A stretch of 64,000 nt of DNA, taken from assembly GCA_951406725.2 (NCBI GenBank), contig OX597839.1:23808001-23872000 (forward strand), written 5' to 3'. Below the pieces are notes generated by a model. That model was not told the DNA's origin, ran no database searches, and saw only the letters and a program-made list of their open reading frames with translations. Of this stretch, positions 1 through 12,548 are shown in pieces. Numbering within the stretch: the stretch's first letter is position 1; every line of letters starts with the position of its first letter. The position numbers and the translations under genes are program-made. The DNA comes from Octopus vulgaris (taxonomy: Eukaryota).

Positions 1-64
1 ATAAAATTAATAAATTTCACCTAGTAGTTTTTTCGGTATGGAAAAGACCATATTTGGTAAGAAT

Positions 65-323
65 TATATTAATTATAATAAAGGGTTAATTGCAGCAAGT
101 TGCTCAAAACCACATACCGAAAATATTAGAAATAGCAGCCAAATAGATCATTATTTCTACTACCATCTTTGCCATATACGGGTTGCAAATTCTGTTTGTT
201 TGTTTGTGGAGACTTTTTTTAATGGTAGTAGAAATAGTGATCTATTTGGCTGCTATTTCTAATATTTTCGGTATGTGGTTTTGAGCAACTTGTTGCAATT
301 AATCCTTTATTATAATTAATATA
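65..323. mobile_element. MITE-like foldback element with about 100-bp inverted arms
   Basis: 65-166 is the near-perfect reverse complement of 222-323. Both ends are TA-rich. Confidence 0.75.
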
Positions 324-1348
324 TGCATACATATATACATATATACATGCATCCACACACACACACACCCTAATTACTATGAAATGACTTGGTGACGAAC
401 ATGCTTCATTGCATGTGATAAGGTACCAATCACTGCTTTGTGATCACCTTTCACAGAATGGTATAAAATTGTGCCATAACATAATGTAGAATACACATAA
501 CAAGGATATGTCAGTATAATTTGGTAGATACATAACAAATATATTATTGCAAAATATATAAGATGTATAGGCTTGTCTCTTCAGGTGCCAGTGCCACTTA
601 GAAAGCAGCGGTGCCAGTGATGCATAAGGGCACCCGTGCTGGTGGCACATAAGAAGCACCCAACACACTCTGTTGTGTGGTTGGCATCAGGAAGGGCATC
701 CAGCCGTAGACACCATGCCACAACAGACAGTTGGAGTCTGGACAATTGCCTGGCTGGCCAGCTCCATGTTGAACCGTCCAACCCATGCCAGTATGGAAAG
801 CAGATGTTAAATGGTGGTGGTGATGATGATGATGATGATGATGATGATGCTGATTATGATGATGATGGCGAAATCGTTCAATTTAGTACTGTATAAAACA
901 GTACATTGCAAAATGATACAGTAGAAGATAGAACAAATATTTCCCTTGAATAATACTCTACTGATTAAAAGATTAATTCACAAATGAAATCAGACATGGC
1001 GGACATAGACATAAGAAAATTTGGGGTGGTCATGACTGGAACGACTTATCAAAGCTGAGCTGATACTAAACAACATCAACAATAGACAATATGGTAACAT
1101 AGGAAGATAGCAAGGTGGCAGAAGTGTTAGCACACCAGACAAAATGCATTACAATATTTCGTCGTTTATGTTTTGAGTTCAAATTCTACCAAGATCAACT
1201 TAGCCTTTTATCATTTCAGGGTCAATAAAATAGATACCAGTTATGTACTGGGGGTCAACATAATTGACAAATCCCTTGCCATGAAATTGCTGACCTTATG
1301 CCAAAACTAGAACCCAATATCATAATGTGATAATAATATGTTATTTGA

Positions 1349-1581
1349 AGGCGGCGAGCTGGCAGAAATGTTAGCATGCCGGGCGAAATGCGTAGCCGTA
1401 TTTCGTCTGCCGTTACGTCCTGAGTTCAAATTCCGCCGAGGTCGACTTTGCCTTTCATCCTTTCGGGGTCGATAAATTAAGTACCAGTTACGCACTGGGG
1501 TCGATGTAATCGACTTAATCCGTTTGTCTGTCCTTGTTTGTCCCATCTGTGTTTAGCCCCTTGTGGGTAGTAAAGAAATAG
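1349..1581 (+). mobile_element. SINE family C (other copies about 53034-53267 +, 39495-39708 -, 58580-58760 -, plus many fragments)
   Basis: Head GGCGGCGAGCTGGCAGAA, B-box-like GAGTTCAAATTCC, and central GTCGACTTTGCCTTTCATCCTTTCGGGGTCGATAAA block, repeated across the window. Confidence 0.8.
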
Positions 1582-1676
1582 ATAATAATATGTTATAATA
1601 CAGTTGTAGAACTTGCTCAAGGTTTCGATCTTTTATTTAATTTAGCATTTTCTCTTTGTCATTTATTTTTATTCAG

Positions 1677-1810
1677 GCGAAAAACTTGATGGTTTTCGTG
1701 AATATTTGACACAAAAGCTGGAAGCAGACCAGAATAATCAAGAAATGGAGGCCCGCGAAGTGTTGAAGACAATATCTACATTGATACAGCGAGCAAAACA
1801 TGTAAAATGA
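1677..1810 (+). CDS. Coding exon of an unidentified gene entering from the left (xEKLDGFREYLTQKLEADQNNQEMEAREVLKTISTLIQRAKHVK*)
   Basis: Strong T-rich acceptor ending ttcAG at 1676. Only one long open frame (phase 1), giving a non-repetitive, helical-looking peptide. Family not recognised. Confidence 0.6.
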
Positions 1811-2281
1811 ATTCGGAAACATTCAACAACACGACACAAGTACGAACGTTTCTATTGTATTATCTTATGCTTGTTTCAGCTACCCAGACTGTGGCCATGC
1901 TGGAGCACTGCCTTGTAAGTTTTAGCCGAATGAATCACCCCTAACGCTTATTATTTCCAAAGTCTGGTTCTTATGTTATCGGTCTCTCTTTTGCTGAACT
2001 GCTGAGTTATGGGGATGTAAACGAACCACCACCTGTTGTCATGTGGTAGCAGAGGACAAACACAAAGACATATGCATGCACACACAGAGAACAAAACACA
2101 CACACACACACAGACATATACGACGGGCTTCTATCAGTCTCCATCTACCATAACCACTCACAAGGCTTTGGTCAACCTAAGGTAACAGTAGAAGGCACTT
2201 GCCCAAGTTGCCACACAGTGGGACTGAACTTGGAACCATGTGGTTGGGAAGCAAACTTCTTACCATGCAGCTATGCCTGCA

Positions 2282-2461
<180 letters not shown>

Positions 2462-3767
2462 CTATGGGCTTCTTTTAGTTTCCATCTACCATACCCACTC
2501 CCAAGGCTTTGGTATGCATGAAGCTATAGTAGAAGACACTTGCCCAAGGTACCACACAGCAGGACTGAACCTAGAACCATGTGGTTACGAAGCAAGCTTC
2601 TTACCACACAGTCACGCCTACGCCTATATAGCTGTTGAAAATCTAATCAATTTTCTCGGAGGAACGTCGTTACTGATGTAATTAGTGACTGCTAGTCTTT
2701 TGTATCTTGGCGCCAGTTAGTCAATAATCTGACATGGCAGGCTTTTGTGGGAGGTGAATAACATCAGTAATTATCTCCTGAAACTGTTCTTTGGCATTCT
2801 GTAGACTCCTAACTTGTTCCATTGGAATCTGCAGTTGTTGGACAATAACTTCATTGTGTGGAATCGCAGTTCCCAACCTAAGGGGGTGTCAGAAGATTCT
2901 GAAAGAATCTCAGACAAAATTATTTTGACTTTTGTGTTTAGTTGATAAAAGTGTAAAGCAGCAAGCTGGCAGAATTGTTCGCATGCCACACAAAATGTTT
3001 AGTGGTACTTTGTCTGTCTTTACATTCTGAGTTCAAATCCCCCAAGAACTACTTTGCCTCTCATCCTTTCTGGGTCGATAAAGCAACTACCAGTTAATCA
3101 CTGGGGTCAATGTAATCAACCCCCCACAAGCTTGCTGGCCTTGTTCCAAAATTTGAAACCATTATTATGATTGCTGTTGTTAAGGCAGCAAATTGGCAGA
3201 ATTGTAAGCATAGGCGCAGGAGTGGCTGTGTGGCAAGTAGCTTGCTAAACAACCACATGGTTCCGGGTTCAGTCCCACTGCATGGCATCTTGGGCAAGTG
3301 TCTTCTGCTATAGCCCCGGGCCGACCAATGCCTTATGAGTGGATTTGGTAGACGGAAACTGAAAGAAGCCTGTCGTATATATGTATATATATATATGCAT
3401 GTATGTGTTTGTGTGTCTGTGTTTGTCCCCCTAGCATTGCTTGACAACCAATGCTGGTGTGTTTACATCCCCGTCACTTAGCAGTTCGGCAAATAAGTCC
3501 CGGGGTTGATTTGCTCGACTAAAGGCAGTGCTCCAGCATCTCTGTCAAATGTAATCCGTATTTATTCCCATTGTCTTCAATGAATCATGGATTATCTCAT
3601 AGCTTTGAGATTTCAGTGATGGGATTGTCTAGTTTTAGAATGACATTGTAGGGTAGGCACGAGGGGTCAAATCTGGTCAATTTGAACATAAAACAGCTGG
3701 AAAATTAGGGCCAGACATGGTCTGTTTAAATGCTGAAGGTTTAAAATACCAAACCAGATCAAACATA

Positions 3768-4178
3768 CAGGGTGGCCCAAAAGTAGGTTTTCAGTCATTC
3801 AATTATCTCTTTCTCATTAATATATTAACAGTTTTGATCTTAATTATAAGAAAGTAGGAAACCATTATTCTATGCTAATTTAGTTAATAGTGCAGGTGGC
3901 ACGTAAAAAGCACCCACTACACTCATGGAGTGGTTGCCATTAGGATGGGCATCCAGCTGTAGAAACTCTGCCAGATCAAGACTGGAGCCTGGTGCAGCCA
4001 TCTGGTTGCCAGCCCTCAGTCAAAACCGTCCAACCCATGCTAGCATGGAAAACGGACGTTAAACGATGATGATGATGATGATGATGATGAAAGGTGGAAA
4101 TTTAAATGTAATAAAATGTTTCAAAATAAATTTAAAGTGTCTAAATGATAACTGTGAACCTACTTTTGGGCCACCCAA
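3768..4178. mobile_element. Tc1/mariner-type MITE interrupted by a (GAT)n-tailed repeat at 3891-4089
   Basis: TA|CAGGGTGGCCCAAAAGTAGGTT at left and AACCTACTTTTGGGCCACCC at right. Confidence 0.7.
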
Positions 4179-4281
4179 CAGATTTAATTCAAACACTTCT
4201 GTAATCTTTGAAAGCCATCTTAAACACCAATTCTTCACTCCATCTTACCTTTATCATTTTCTTCTCCTCTTATCTTTTCAG

Positions 4282-4545
4282 CTCTCAACAGAAATGGCAC
4301 ATCAGAGACCAACCCTTTTCTCTCACCTCCGCCTCTTCCTCCTCCTCCTCCTCCTCTTATACTTCAACTACCATTACGACTACTACAACACTAGCAGCCT
4401 CAAGAGAGTCATTTCCAGTAGATGTGGTTCCATGTTGGACACAGGAATATGGTGCCATCGTTATTTACTTCCTTGCTGTAACCATTTTACAATAGACAAT
4501 TTCTGACTCATGCATTAAGGAATAAACCAAACTTCAATCATATTT
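4282..4545 (+). other. Probable terminal exon of the same plus-strand gene
   Basis: About 30-nt polypyrimidine tract plus CAG at 4279-4281, AATAAA at 4521-4526, then a T/GT-rich downstream element. Confidence 0.5.
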
Positions 4546-4681
4546 TTGCATTGTCTTTTGTTTTGGTATGGTTGTGTTTGATGAGGATGATGATGATGGT
4601 GATGATGATGACAACAATGATGGTGGTGGTGGTGGTGGTGGTGGTAACAATCATGACAACGATGTTATATATGTTTATTTG

Positions 4682-5064
4682 TGGAGGCACAATGGCCCAG
4701 TGGTTAGGGCAGCGAACTCGCGGTCGTAGGATCGCGGTTTCGATTCTCAGACCGGGCGTTGTGAGTGTTTATTGAGCGAAAACACCTAAAAGCCCCACGA
4801 GGCTCCGGCAGGGGTGGTGGTGATCCCTGCTGTACTCTTTCACCACAACTTTCTCTCACTCTTACTTCCTGTTTCTGTTGTACCTGTATTTCAAAGGGCC
4901 GGCCTTGTCACTCTCTGTGTCACGCTGAATATCCCCGAGAACTACGTTAAGGGTACACATGTCTGTGGAGTGCTCAGCCACTTACACATTAATTTCACGA
5001 GCAGGCTGTTCCGTTGATCGGATCAACCGGAACCATCGTCGTCGTAACTGACGGAGTGCTTCCA
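4682..5064 (+). mobile_element. tRNA-derived SINE family B, full length
   Basis: A box TGGCCCAGTGG and B-box-like GTTTCGATTC. A near-identical inverted copy lies at 12169-12548. Confidence 0.85.
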
Positions 5065-5509
5065 TATGTTTATATATATATATATATCAATAATAAAGTG
5101 ATTGTTTCTTATCAGGAACAAAAAGTTTAATAAGACTGCTATAGAAGTGCTCAATTGAAAGAGACAAATATATCAAACTAAGGTTATAGAACAAACAAAT
5201 GCAAGGTCATCCTTGATGGTTTTCGTGAATATTTGACACAAAAGCTGGAAGCAGACCAGAATAATCAAGAAATGGAAGCCCAGGAAAAGAAAGATTTCAT
5301 GTTTTGAGCGAGCTCTTTGTCAGAAATATAGACAGAGTCCAAAGAAGGCAAGACGGACAAAGAAAATCGCCAACGATACATACGCGGTCACATATTGAAT
5401 AAAAAAAAAGCATATATATATGATTGATTGATTGATTGATTCTAGTTTCAGCTTACGAGCTGTGGCCATGCTGGGGCACCGCCATTTGGTGTTGCTACAT
5501 GGTTTTACT

Positions 5510-5929
5510 TCACGAATGCTTTTTAGCAACTGCCATTTGGTACATGAGAGAGTTCGATGCAGCTGCCCTCATCTGCACCTCCTGCCGTGAAGTTGGTTCA
5601 TCTGGGACACCTGACAGGAAGAGATCCAGTTTCATTTTAAAGACATCTGCATCCACCCCATGCAGGTCTCTTAGGTTCTTCGGGAGGATATTGAAGAGCT
5701 GTGGGCCTCGGAAGCCCAGGCTATCACAGTATCTTGTCCTACATCTTGATGGCAAATTTGGAGTCCTTGGCACCACGCAGTGGCGCCCAGTTCTGGCATT
5801 CGTGTAACTCTCAATGCCAAAGTTTGGGACAAGTCCTTCCAGGATCTTCCAGATGTATATTATGGCATATCTTTCTTGCCTACGCTCCAAGGAATAGAGT
5901 TTTAATCTCTTGAGTCTTTCCCAGTAGCT
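5510..5929 (-). mobile_element. 5'-truncated LINE (CR1/L2-group) ORF2 C-terminal fragment
   Basis: Translates as SYWERLKRLKLYSLERRQERYAIIYIWKIL...FKMKLDLFLSGVPDEP, a typical post-RT C-terminus. Confidence 0.8.
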
Positions 5930-7156
5930 TATATATATATATATATATATTCCGAATTTGTGTAAATCTGTATAGAATAATATATCAGTTGAATAAAGTT
6001 ACAACATGGTCTGGTTTTCATGTTTTTTATTGTTGTATTTTAAAAAACGTGGAAAGCAGACCATGCTGTAACTTTACTCAGTTGATGCATATGTGTGTGT
6101 GTGTGTGTGTGTGTCTGTGCATATATATGTATATATATATATGTATGTATATGTATATATATATATGTATATGCATATATATGTATGTGTGTTTATATAT
6201 GCATATATATGTATGTATGTATATATATATATATATACATATATACAGACTACAGTCACGGACTGGTTGGCGTTAGGAAGGGCATCCAGCTGTAGAAACA
6301 CTGCCAGATCAGACTGCAGCCTGGTGCAGCCTCCTGGCTTCCCAGACCCTGGTCGAACCGTCCAACCCATGCCAGCATGGAAAACGGACGTTAAACGATG
6401 ATGATGATGATTATATATATACATATGTATGTATGAATGTATGGAACAGTCATGGCCGATGCCTGTGTGTGCTGCCTGACTGGCTCCTCACTACACTCTC
6501 AGAGTGGTTGGCGTTAGGAAGGGCATCCAGCTGTAGAAACCTTGCCAGATCAGATTGGAGCCTGGTGCAGCCTCCTGGCTTGCCAATCCTCACTCAAACC
6601 ATCCAACTGATGCCAGCATGGAAAGGGGATGTTAAACAATGATGATGATGGGGATGATGATATACATTCACACACATGCTAAAATGGATAGAGATATTTG
6701 AAGGATTGTTTTGGTCGAATGGTAGAACGTCTTTTATGTTTACAGAAGATATTGGTTCGTCCCCATGGGCAGCCTTCAAAAGTTTCATCATTCCAAAAAC
6801 GATCTTTGTGTGTGTGTGTGTGTGTGTGTTAAGCAATAAACTAGTACAAATGCAAAACAACATCATAATCTTTATTAAAAGCCTAATTATTTCTGGGTTC
6901 ATTAAGAATGCTTGTTACTGGGTGTCATATATAATTATTAGGCGTGTTTGTAATTATCTTTTCGACATGTGCAATGATGTTGCCAACAAAGTGAAAATAG
7001 ATTCTTTATGATGAAAGAGTAAATTCTTAATTATGGTGAGATGCAGTTCCATCTTGCAGCATCCTGTTCTCCTGACTTCCTTGTCCTTTGTCCAGTGACA
7101 TTCCTCAGACTGGTGAGGCAGATGAAACAGATCCACTTGATGGTCAATTACATTAA

Positions 7157-7377
7157 CCCTTTAGTGTTCGCATTATTCTGCCAAAATTAATGCTTCTTCA
7201 TCCACACTGTTTTGAATTAATCATGCATTATCTTGTAGCTATGAGATTTTGATGAGGTAGCTGTTAATTTTTTAAACGATATTGTAGGGTTGGTGTGAGA
7301 GACCAGATAGGGCTAGTTTGAACATAAAACAGGTAGAATATTTTTGGCCGGATATGGCCGGTTTAAATGCTAAAGGG
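7157..7377. mobile_element. piggyBac-type MITE, 221 bp
   Basis: TTAA|CCCTTTAG ... CTAAAGGG|TTAA, i.e. terminal inverted repeats with a TTAA target duplication. Confidence 0.88.
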
Positions 7378-7600
7378 TTAAACACTTGGGGAAAATAAAA
7401 GCCACAACATTCCATGTTGAGAACTTAAATATTGAGCTACACGACCTCTTGTACTCGATAAAAGAGGAGAAAGCACCCTTATGTCCCTGAACAAAATCAA
7501 AATAAAACAGAGAATTGGGAAAGTGGAAAGAATTATCAAAAGAATTCATTAGAAATAAATTTTGAATAACAAATGTGTAATTCTACCGAATAACACATTT

Positions 7601-8523
7601 TTATATATAAAAGTCAAGTTGTGTGAGTGTCTGTCTCCTCCGATTTAGATTCCTAACTACTCCCACATTTTGCGGTGCAGTTTAACCAAAGGCGGGTATC
7701 TTATAGTCGTGATTAATATCGAGCCTGTCTGGCTATTAGCGCACGTCTACGATGAGTCTACGATTTTAAAAATAATTTAACATCATTTTTTATTCCATTT
7801 TAATGCATAATTTTTCGTGTGTCGATGGCGGCGGAGTTGGCGTCCACGCTCACACCTGCACCTGTGGGGAAGGGAGTGTAAGGAAATCAACGTCGTAATG
7901 CGTTGTCAAGGAGACCAGCGTTCTTTTAGAACGACTTCATGGCTTGAAGACACCAAAACAGAAATGGCTAAGAAAGCGTCTACATGAGTCTACGATTTAA
8001 AAAAAAATTTACCATCATTTTTTTCCATTTTAATGCATTTTTCGCTATTATTTAAGGGAAGTAACTCTCAAAAATGTCTATGATGAGTGAACGAGTTTTA
8101 AAAAAATTTTACCATCATTTTTTTCCATTTTTAATGCATTTTTTTGCTATTTTTTGGCTATAACTCTCTAAAAATGCTTTATCGTTATTTCCCTTACAAA
8201 CCCAAGCAACGCCGGACGATACTGCTAGTTATATATAAAAGTGAAGTCGTGCGTCTGTCTCCTACGATTTAGATTCCTAACTACTCCCACATTTTGCAGT
8301 GCAATTTAACCAAAAGCGGGTATCTTATAGTCGTGATTCATATCGAGCCCTTCTGGGTATTAGCGCACGTCTACGATGAGTCTACGATTTAAAAAAAATT
8401 TACCATAATTTTTTCCCATTTTTAATGCATTGTTTTGCTATTATATAAGGGAAGTAACTCTCTAAAAATGCTTATATAGTTATTTCCCTTACAAACCTGA
8501 GCAACGCCAGACGATACTGCTAG
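7601..8523 (+). mobile_element. Two head-to-tail non-autonomous Helitrons (7601-8228 and 8229-8523)
   Basis: Each begins TATATATAAAAGT and ends with a degenerate subterminal hairpin plus GATACTGCTAG. Homologous to 53569-54081. Confidence 0.85.
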
Positions 8524-8638
8524 TTTGGAATAAATGTTTGGAGTTGTCTATCATGGATGGAACAATTCAAGAACTGTGAACAGAAGTTCTTGGAAATAAT
8601 TATGACATGAAAATTTAATCTTATACATTAATAAGTGA

Positions 8639-8962
8639 AGGCACGTGGCTTAGTGGTTAGGGTGTTCCACTCACAATCGTAAGGTCATGAGTTCAATTTC
8701 TGGTGATGTGTAAAGTCCTTAAGCAAGACACTTTATTCCACACTGCTCCAGTTCACTCAGCTGGCAGAAATGAGTAGTACCTGTAATTCCAAAGGGGGCC
8801 AGCCTTGTCACATTCTGTGTCAAGCTGAATCCCCTTGAGAACTGTGTTAAGGGTTCATGTGACTGTGGAGTACTCAGCCACTTGAATGTTAATTTCACAA
8901 GCAGACTGTTCTACAGATTGGATCAACTGGAACACTCGCTGTCGTAACCAATGGAGTGCCAG
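8639..8962 (+). mobile_element. tRNA/CORE-like SINE (older family; similar copies at 29633-30252)
   Basis: A box TGGCTTAGTGG, B box GAGTTCAATTTC, CORE-like CCTT(A/G)AGCAAGACACTT. The 3' half is shared with family B. Confidence 0.75.
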
Positions 8963-9435
8963 TTTTTTTGTTTCTTTTTGTTATGTTTACTCTAATAGCT
9001 TCTAACATGAACTAAAATCTGAAATGATGCTCTTTGAGATTTCTAACAAAATGTTTCTTTTGTGAGATAAGAGTAAAAAAAAACCTGTACAAATTAGACA
9101 ATAATATATGTTAAATTATTAATGAATAATGCCACAGGAAAATACAATACAAACACATAGAAAAACATTAACTATTAAGTGAAAATAATGGCCACGGCAC
9201 TCTAAAACTAAATACAGAAGTTCACTGTTTAATTATCACAACACATATCTAACTCTTAAAGATCACAAGTAGCACTTTGCCATAAATACAAAATACAGGT
9301 TTATAGGAATGTAAGAGCTAAGAATGAACTGAGACAGTTTTGGAAACACAATAAACAGCATTAATGAAGATTTAGAAATACCACCAAGTTGTAACAATGG
9401 AATAACACCATTGAAGTAATTAACTGGTTTAGAAA

Positions 9436-9580
9436 CTGTGGTAAGTAGCTTGTTTACCAACCACATGGTTCCGGGTTCAGTCCCACTGCGTGGCACCTTG
9501 GGCAAGTGTCTTCTACTATAGCCTCGGGCCGACCAATGCCTTGTGAGTGGATTTGGTAGACGGAAACTGAAAGAAGCCTG

Positions 9581-9629
<49 letters not shown>

Positions 9630-9850
9630 CGTGTGTGTGTTTGTGTGTCTGTATTTGTCCCCCTAGCATTGCTTGACAACCGATGCTGGTGTGCTTATGT
9701 CCCCGTTACTTAGCGGTTCGGCAAAAGAGACCGATAGAATAAGTACTGGGCTTAGAAAAGAAAAAGTCCCGGGGTCGAGTTGCTCGATTAAAGGCGGTGC
9801 TCCAGCATGGCCGCAGTCAAATGACTGAAACAAGTAAAAGAGAAAAGAGA
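9436..9850 (+). mobile_element. SINE family A copy, slightly 5'-truncated
   Basis: B box GGTTCAGTCCC, CORE-like CCTTGGGCAAGT, central (TA)n(TG)n tract, GTAAAAGA tail. Confidence 0.88.
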
Positions 9851-10221
9851 AAGAGATAGAGACAAATTCACTCAGTTTGATATTGTAAAGTCTACAGGTT
9901 AATTTCAAGGCCATTCGGCACCAAGATGCAATTCTTTATATTGACATTTTCCAATATTAACAACAGTAAAGGCAGTGAACTGGCAGAACTGATAGCATGC
10001 TGGGCGAAATGCTTAGTGGTATTTCGTCTGTCTTTACATTCTGAGTTCAAATTCCGCTGAGGTCGACTTTGCCTTTCATCCTTTCATCATCATCGTTTAG
10101 CGTCCGCTTTCCATGCTAGCATGGGTTGGACGGTTCAACTGGGGTCTGGGAAGCCAGAAGGCTGCACCAGGCCCAGTTTGATCTGGCAATGTTTCTACGG
10201 CTGGATGCCCTTCCTAACGCC

Positions 10222-10470
10222 AATAATATTGAAATCTGGGGATTGTGGTGGCCAGATAAGATGTTCAACTTCGCTAGAATGTTCCTCATGCCATTCAGTA
10301 ACAACTTTAGCTGTGTGAATTGGTGCATTATCATCCTGAAAGATTGCATTTCCCTCCAGAAACAGTTCTGCAACCACAGAATGAATTTGATCAGATAAAA
10401 TGCTTAAATAGTCTTGACTATTAATTGTCATGAAGGGAAACCATTGGGCCAACCGATTTCCAAGATATAG
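10222..10470 (-). mobile_element. Tc1-family transposase remnant
   Basis: FQDDNAPIHTA...WPPQSPDFNII, the catalytic-region motifs of Tc1 DD34E transposases. Confidence 0.85.
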
Positions 10471-10504
10471 TCCCCTCCCCCCTTCATGGTTTATATAAAG
10501 GTCT

Positions 10505-10650
10505 ATGTTTAACAGATGAGGAATTATTTACATTTGATGAATATCTGTCCTCATCTTGTGTGTAGTTAACACGTTTCGGCTGATATACCCTCCAGCCTTC
10601 ATCAGGTGTCTTGGGGAAATTTCAAACCTGGGTTCTCGCTCTTAAGGTAT
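10505..10650 (-). mobile_element. Penelope-like terminal fragment with a hammerhead-like motif
   Basis: Minus strand reads ACAC-CTGATGA-A-GGCTG-(10 nt)-CAGCC-GAAAC-GTGT. Related copies at about 31035-31160 and 39945-40015. Confidence 0.6.
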
Positions 10651-11609
10651 TTTTTCAATATTATTATTATTATTAACCACTAAGCCATAAGGTGTAGTGG
10701 TTAATAATAATAATACATTGTTTTGTCTTGGTATAAAAGATGGGCTACAGCAAATATTCTGCTCAATACCACAGATTTGCTTGTCAGTTGTTTCAGCTTA
10801 ACCAGTCGAGCATGTCCCTTAGTGGCTGACGATATGTGCATCTCTGGTCATGAGCAGAAGTAGTGGGGGAGCATCATAGCCATGTGTTGAGAGGGATTCT
10901 TGGAGGTTTGGATAATTCACCTTTGGAAACATGGGTGTTTCGTTCAACATCCTTAAACAACCCTTATTCAGGGACCTTTTGAGCGGGATGGGCTACTTGA
11001 TCAGAAGAAAATTCTAACTGGGCCCCACCCGCAAGGTCATGTGCTGTTTATCTTGATATGAGATCACCATGTCACACACATATGGTTGTGATTTTTTTTT
11101 TATTCACAGTTTTGAATTAATTATGCAAAGTTATGATATATCGCCACTTTGAGATTTTAAAGAAAGTAATTGCTTATTCTTAGAATGACATTGTAGGGTA
11201 GGTGTGAGAGGCCAAATCTGGGCAGTTCAAACATGAACTGGGGCCCGGATGTGGGAGCATGACATAGACCTTTGATGTGTGGGATCCTGTCAAACCACCA
11301 CAGAAGACAAATGTTAAAAATGGCAAAACATATCCACAGCTGTCATCTTGTCTCCAGAAACAATACAAAACAAACGAGATTGTCTTTTGCTTAACAATAA
11401 GCAAACTGAAAAGGTTCATTGTTGGTTCGTTGAGATTGCCTTTCCTTCTCATGCAGAGTCAGTGGCCTCTAGGTGTTTGTTTACCTTCTCTCAAAACAAA
11501 GATAGTTTCAGTAAAGCAAGAATTTATCTTGTTTGGTATTGAACAGAACTTTCTTGGTCTTTGATGTCCAATTTTATGCCACTTGCATCAAACAATTTTC
11601 TCTTATTTT

Positions 11610-11953
11610 GATGTGTGTGCGGATGTGTTGGTGTGTGTGGTTGGGTGTTGATGTATGTGTTGGTGTATATGTGTATGTTGGTGTATGTGTGTTGGTGTGT
11701 GTGTGTATGTTGGTGTGTGTGTGTGTATGTTAGTGTGTTGGTATGTGTGTGTGGATGTTGGAGTATGTGTGTTGGTGTGTGTGTGCTTGTGTGTGTGTGT
11801 ATGTTGGTGTGTGTGTGTAGTGTATGTGTGTGTGGATGTTGGTGTATGTGTGTTGGTGTGTGTGTGTGTATGTGTTGGTGTGTGTGTGCTTGTGTGTCTG
11901 AGTATGTTAGTGTGTTGGTATGTGTGTGGATGTTGGTGTATGTGTGTGTGTAT
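11610..11953. repeat. Complex (TG)-rich minisatellite with recurring TGTTGGTG
   Basis: Direct inspection of the sequence. Confidence 0.85.
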
Positions 11954-12168
11954 ACAATCTTGAAGTAATTTCTTCTTAAGAAAATAAAAAAAAACCTTCC
12001 AAGTAACAGGTAAGATTTCAACAACAAAGAACTCAATACATACGTAGAATCCAAACCGTCCACAGAGAACAACCAACCAAACACAAAATGGAACTGACAA
12101 CAGTGACTTTGAAGTTTTACCAGTAATTGGTGTGAGCGGGTGGTTAGTTAAACTATTGGATGATGGAT

Positions 12169-12548
12169 GGAAGCACTCCGTCGGTTACGACGACGAGGGT
12201 TCCGGTTGATCCGAATCAACGGAACAGCCTGCTTGTGAAATTAACGTGTAAGTGGCTGAGCACTCCACAGACACGTGTACCCTTAACGTAGTTCTCGGGG
12301 ATATTCAGCGTGACACAGAGAGTGACAAGGCCGGCCCTTTGAAATACAGGTACAACAGAAACAGGAAGTAAGAGTGAGAGAAAGTTGTGGTGAAAGAGCA
12401 CAGCAGGGATCACCACCATCCCTGCCGGAGCCTCGTGGAGTTTAGGTGTTTTCGCTTAATAAACACTCACAACGCCCGGTCTGGGAATCGAAACCACGAT
12501 CCTATAACCGCGAGTCCGCTGCCCTAACCACTGGGCCATTGCGCCTCC
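12169..12548 (-). mobile_element. SINE family B copy
   Basis: Reverse complement of 4682-5064 at high identity. Confidence 0.85.

Noticed and set aside
1808-1810. Selenocysteine codon
   Set aside because: No SECIS-like hairpin fits in the roughly 50-nt 3'UTR implied by the AATAAA at 4521, and there is no redox motif around the UGA.
4682-4760. tRNA gene (also 20640-20711 and other SINE heads)
   Set aside because: A/B boxes are present but run directly into SINE body sequence. No convincing complete cloverleaf with a terminator was found by eye.
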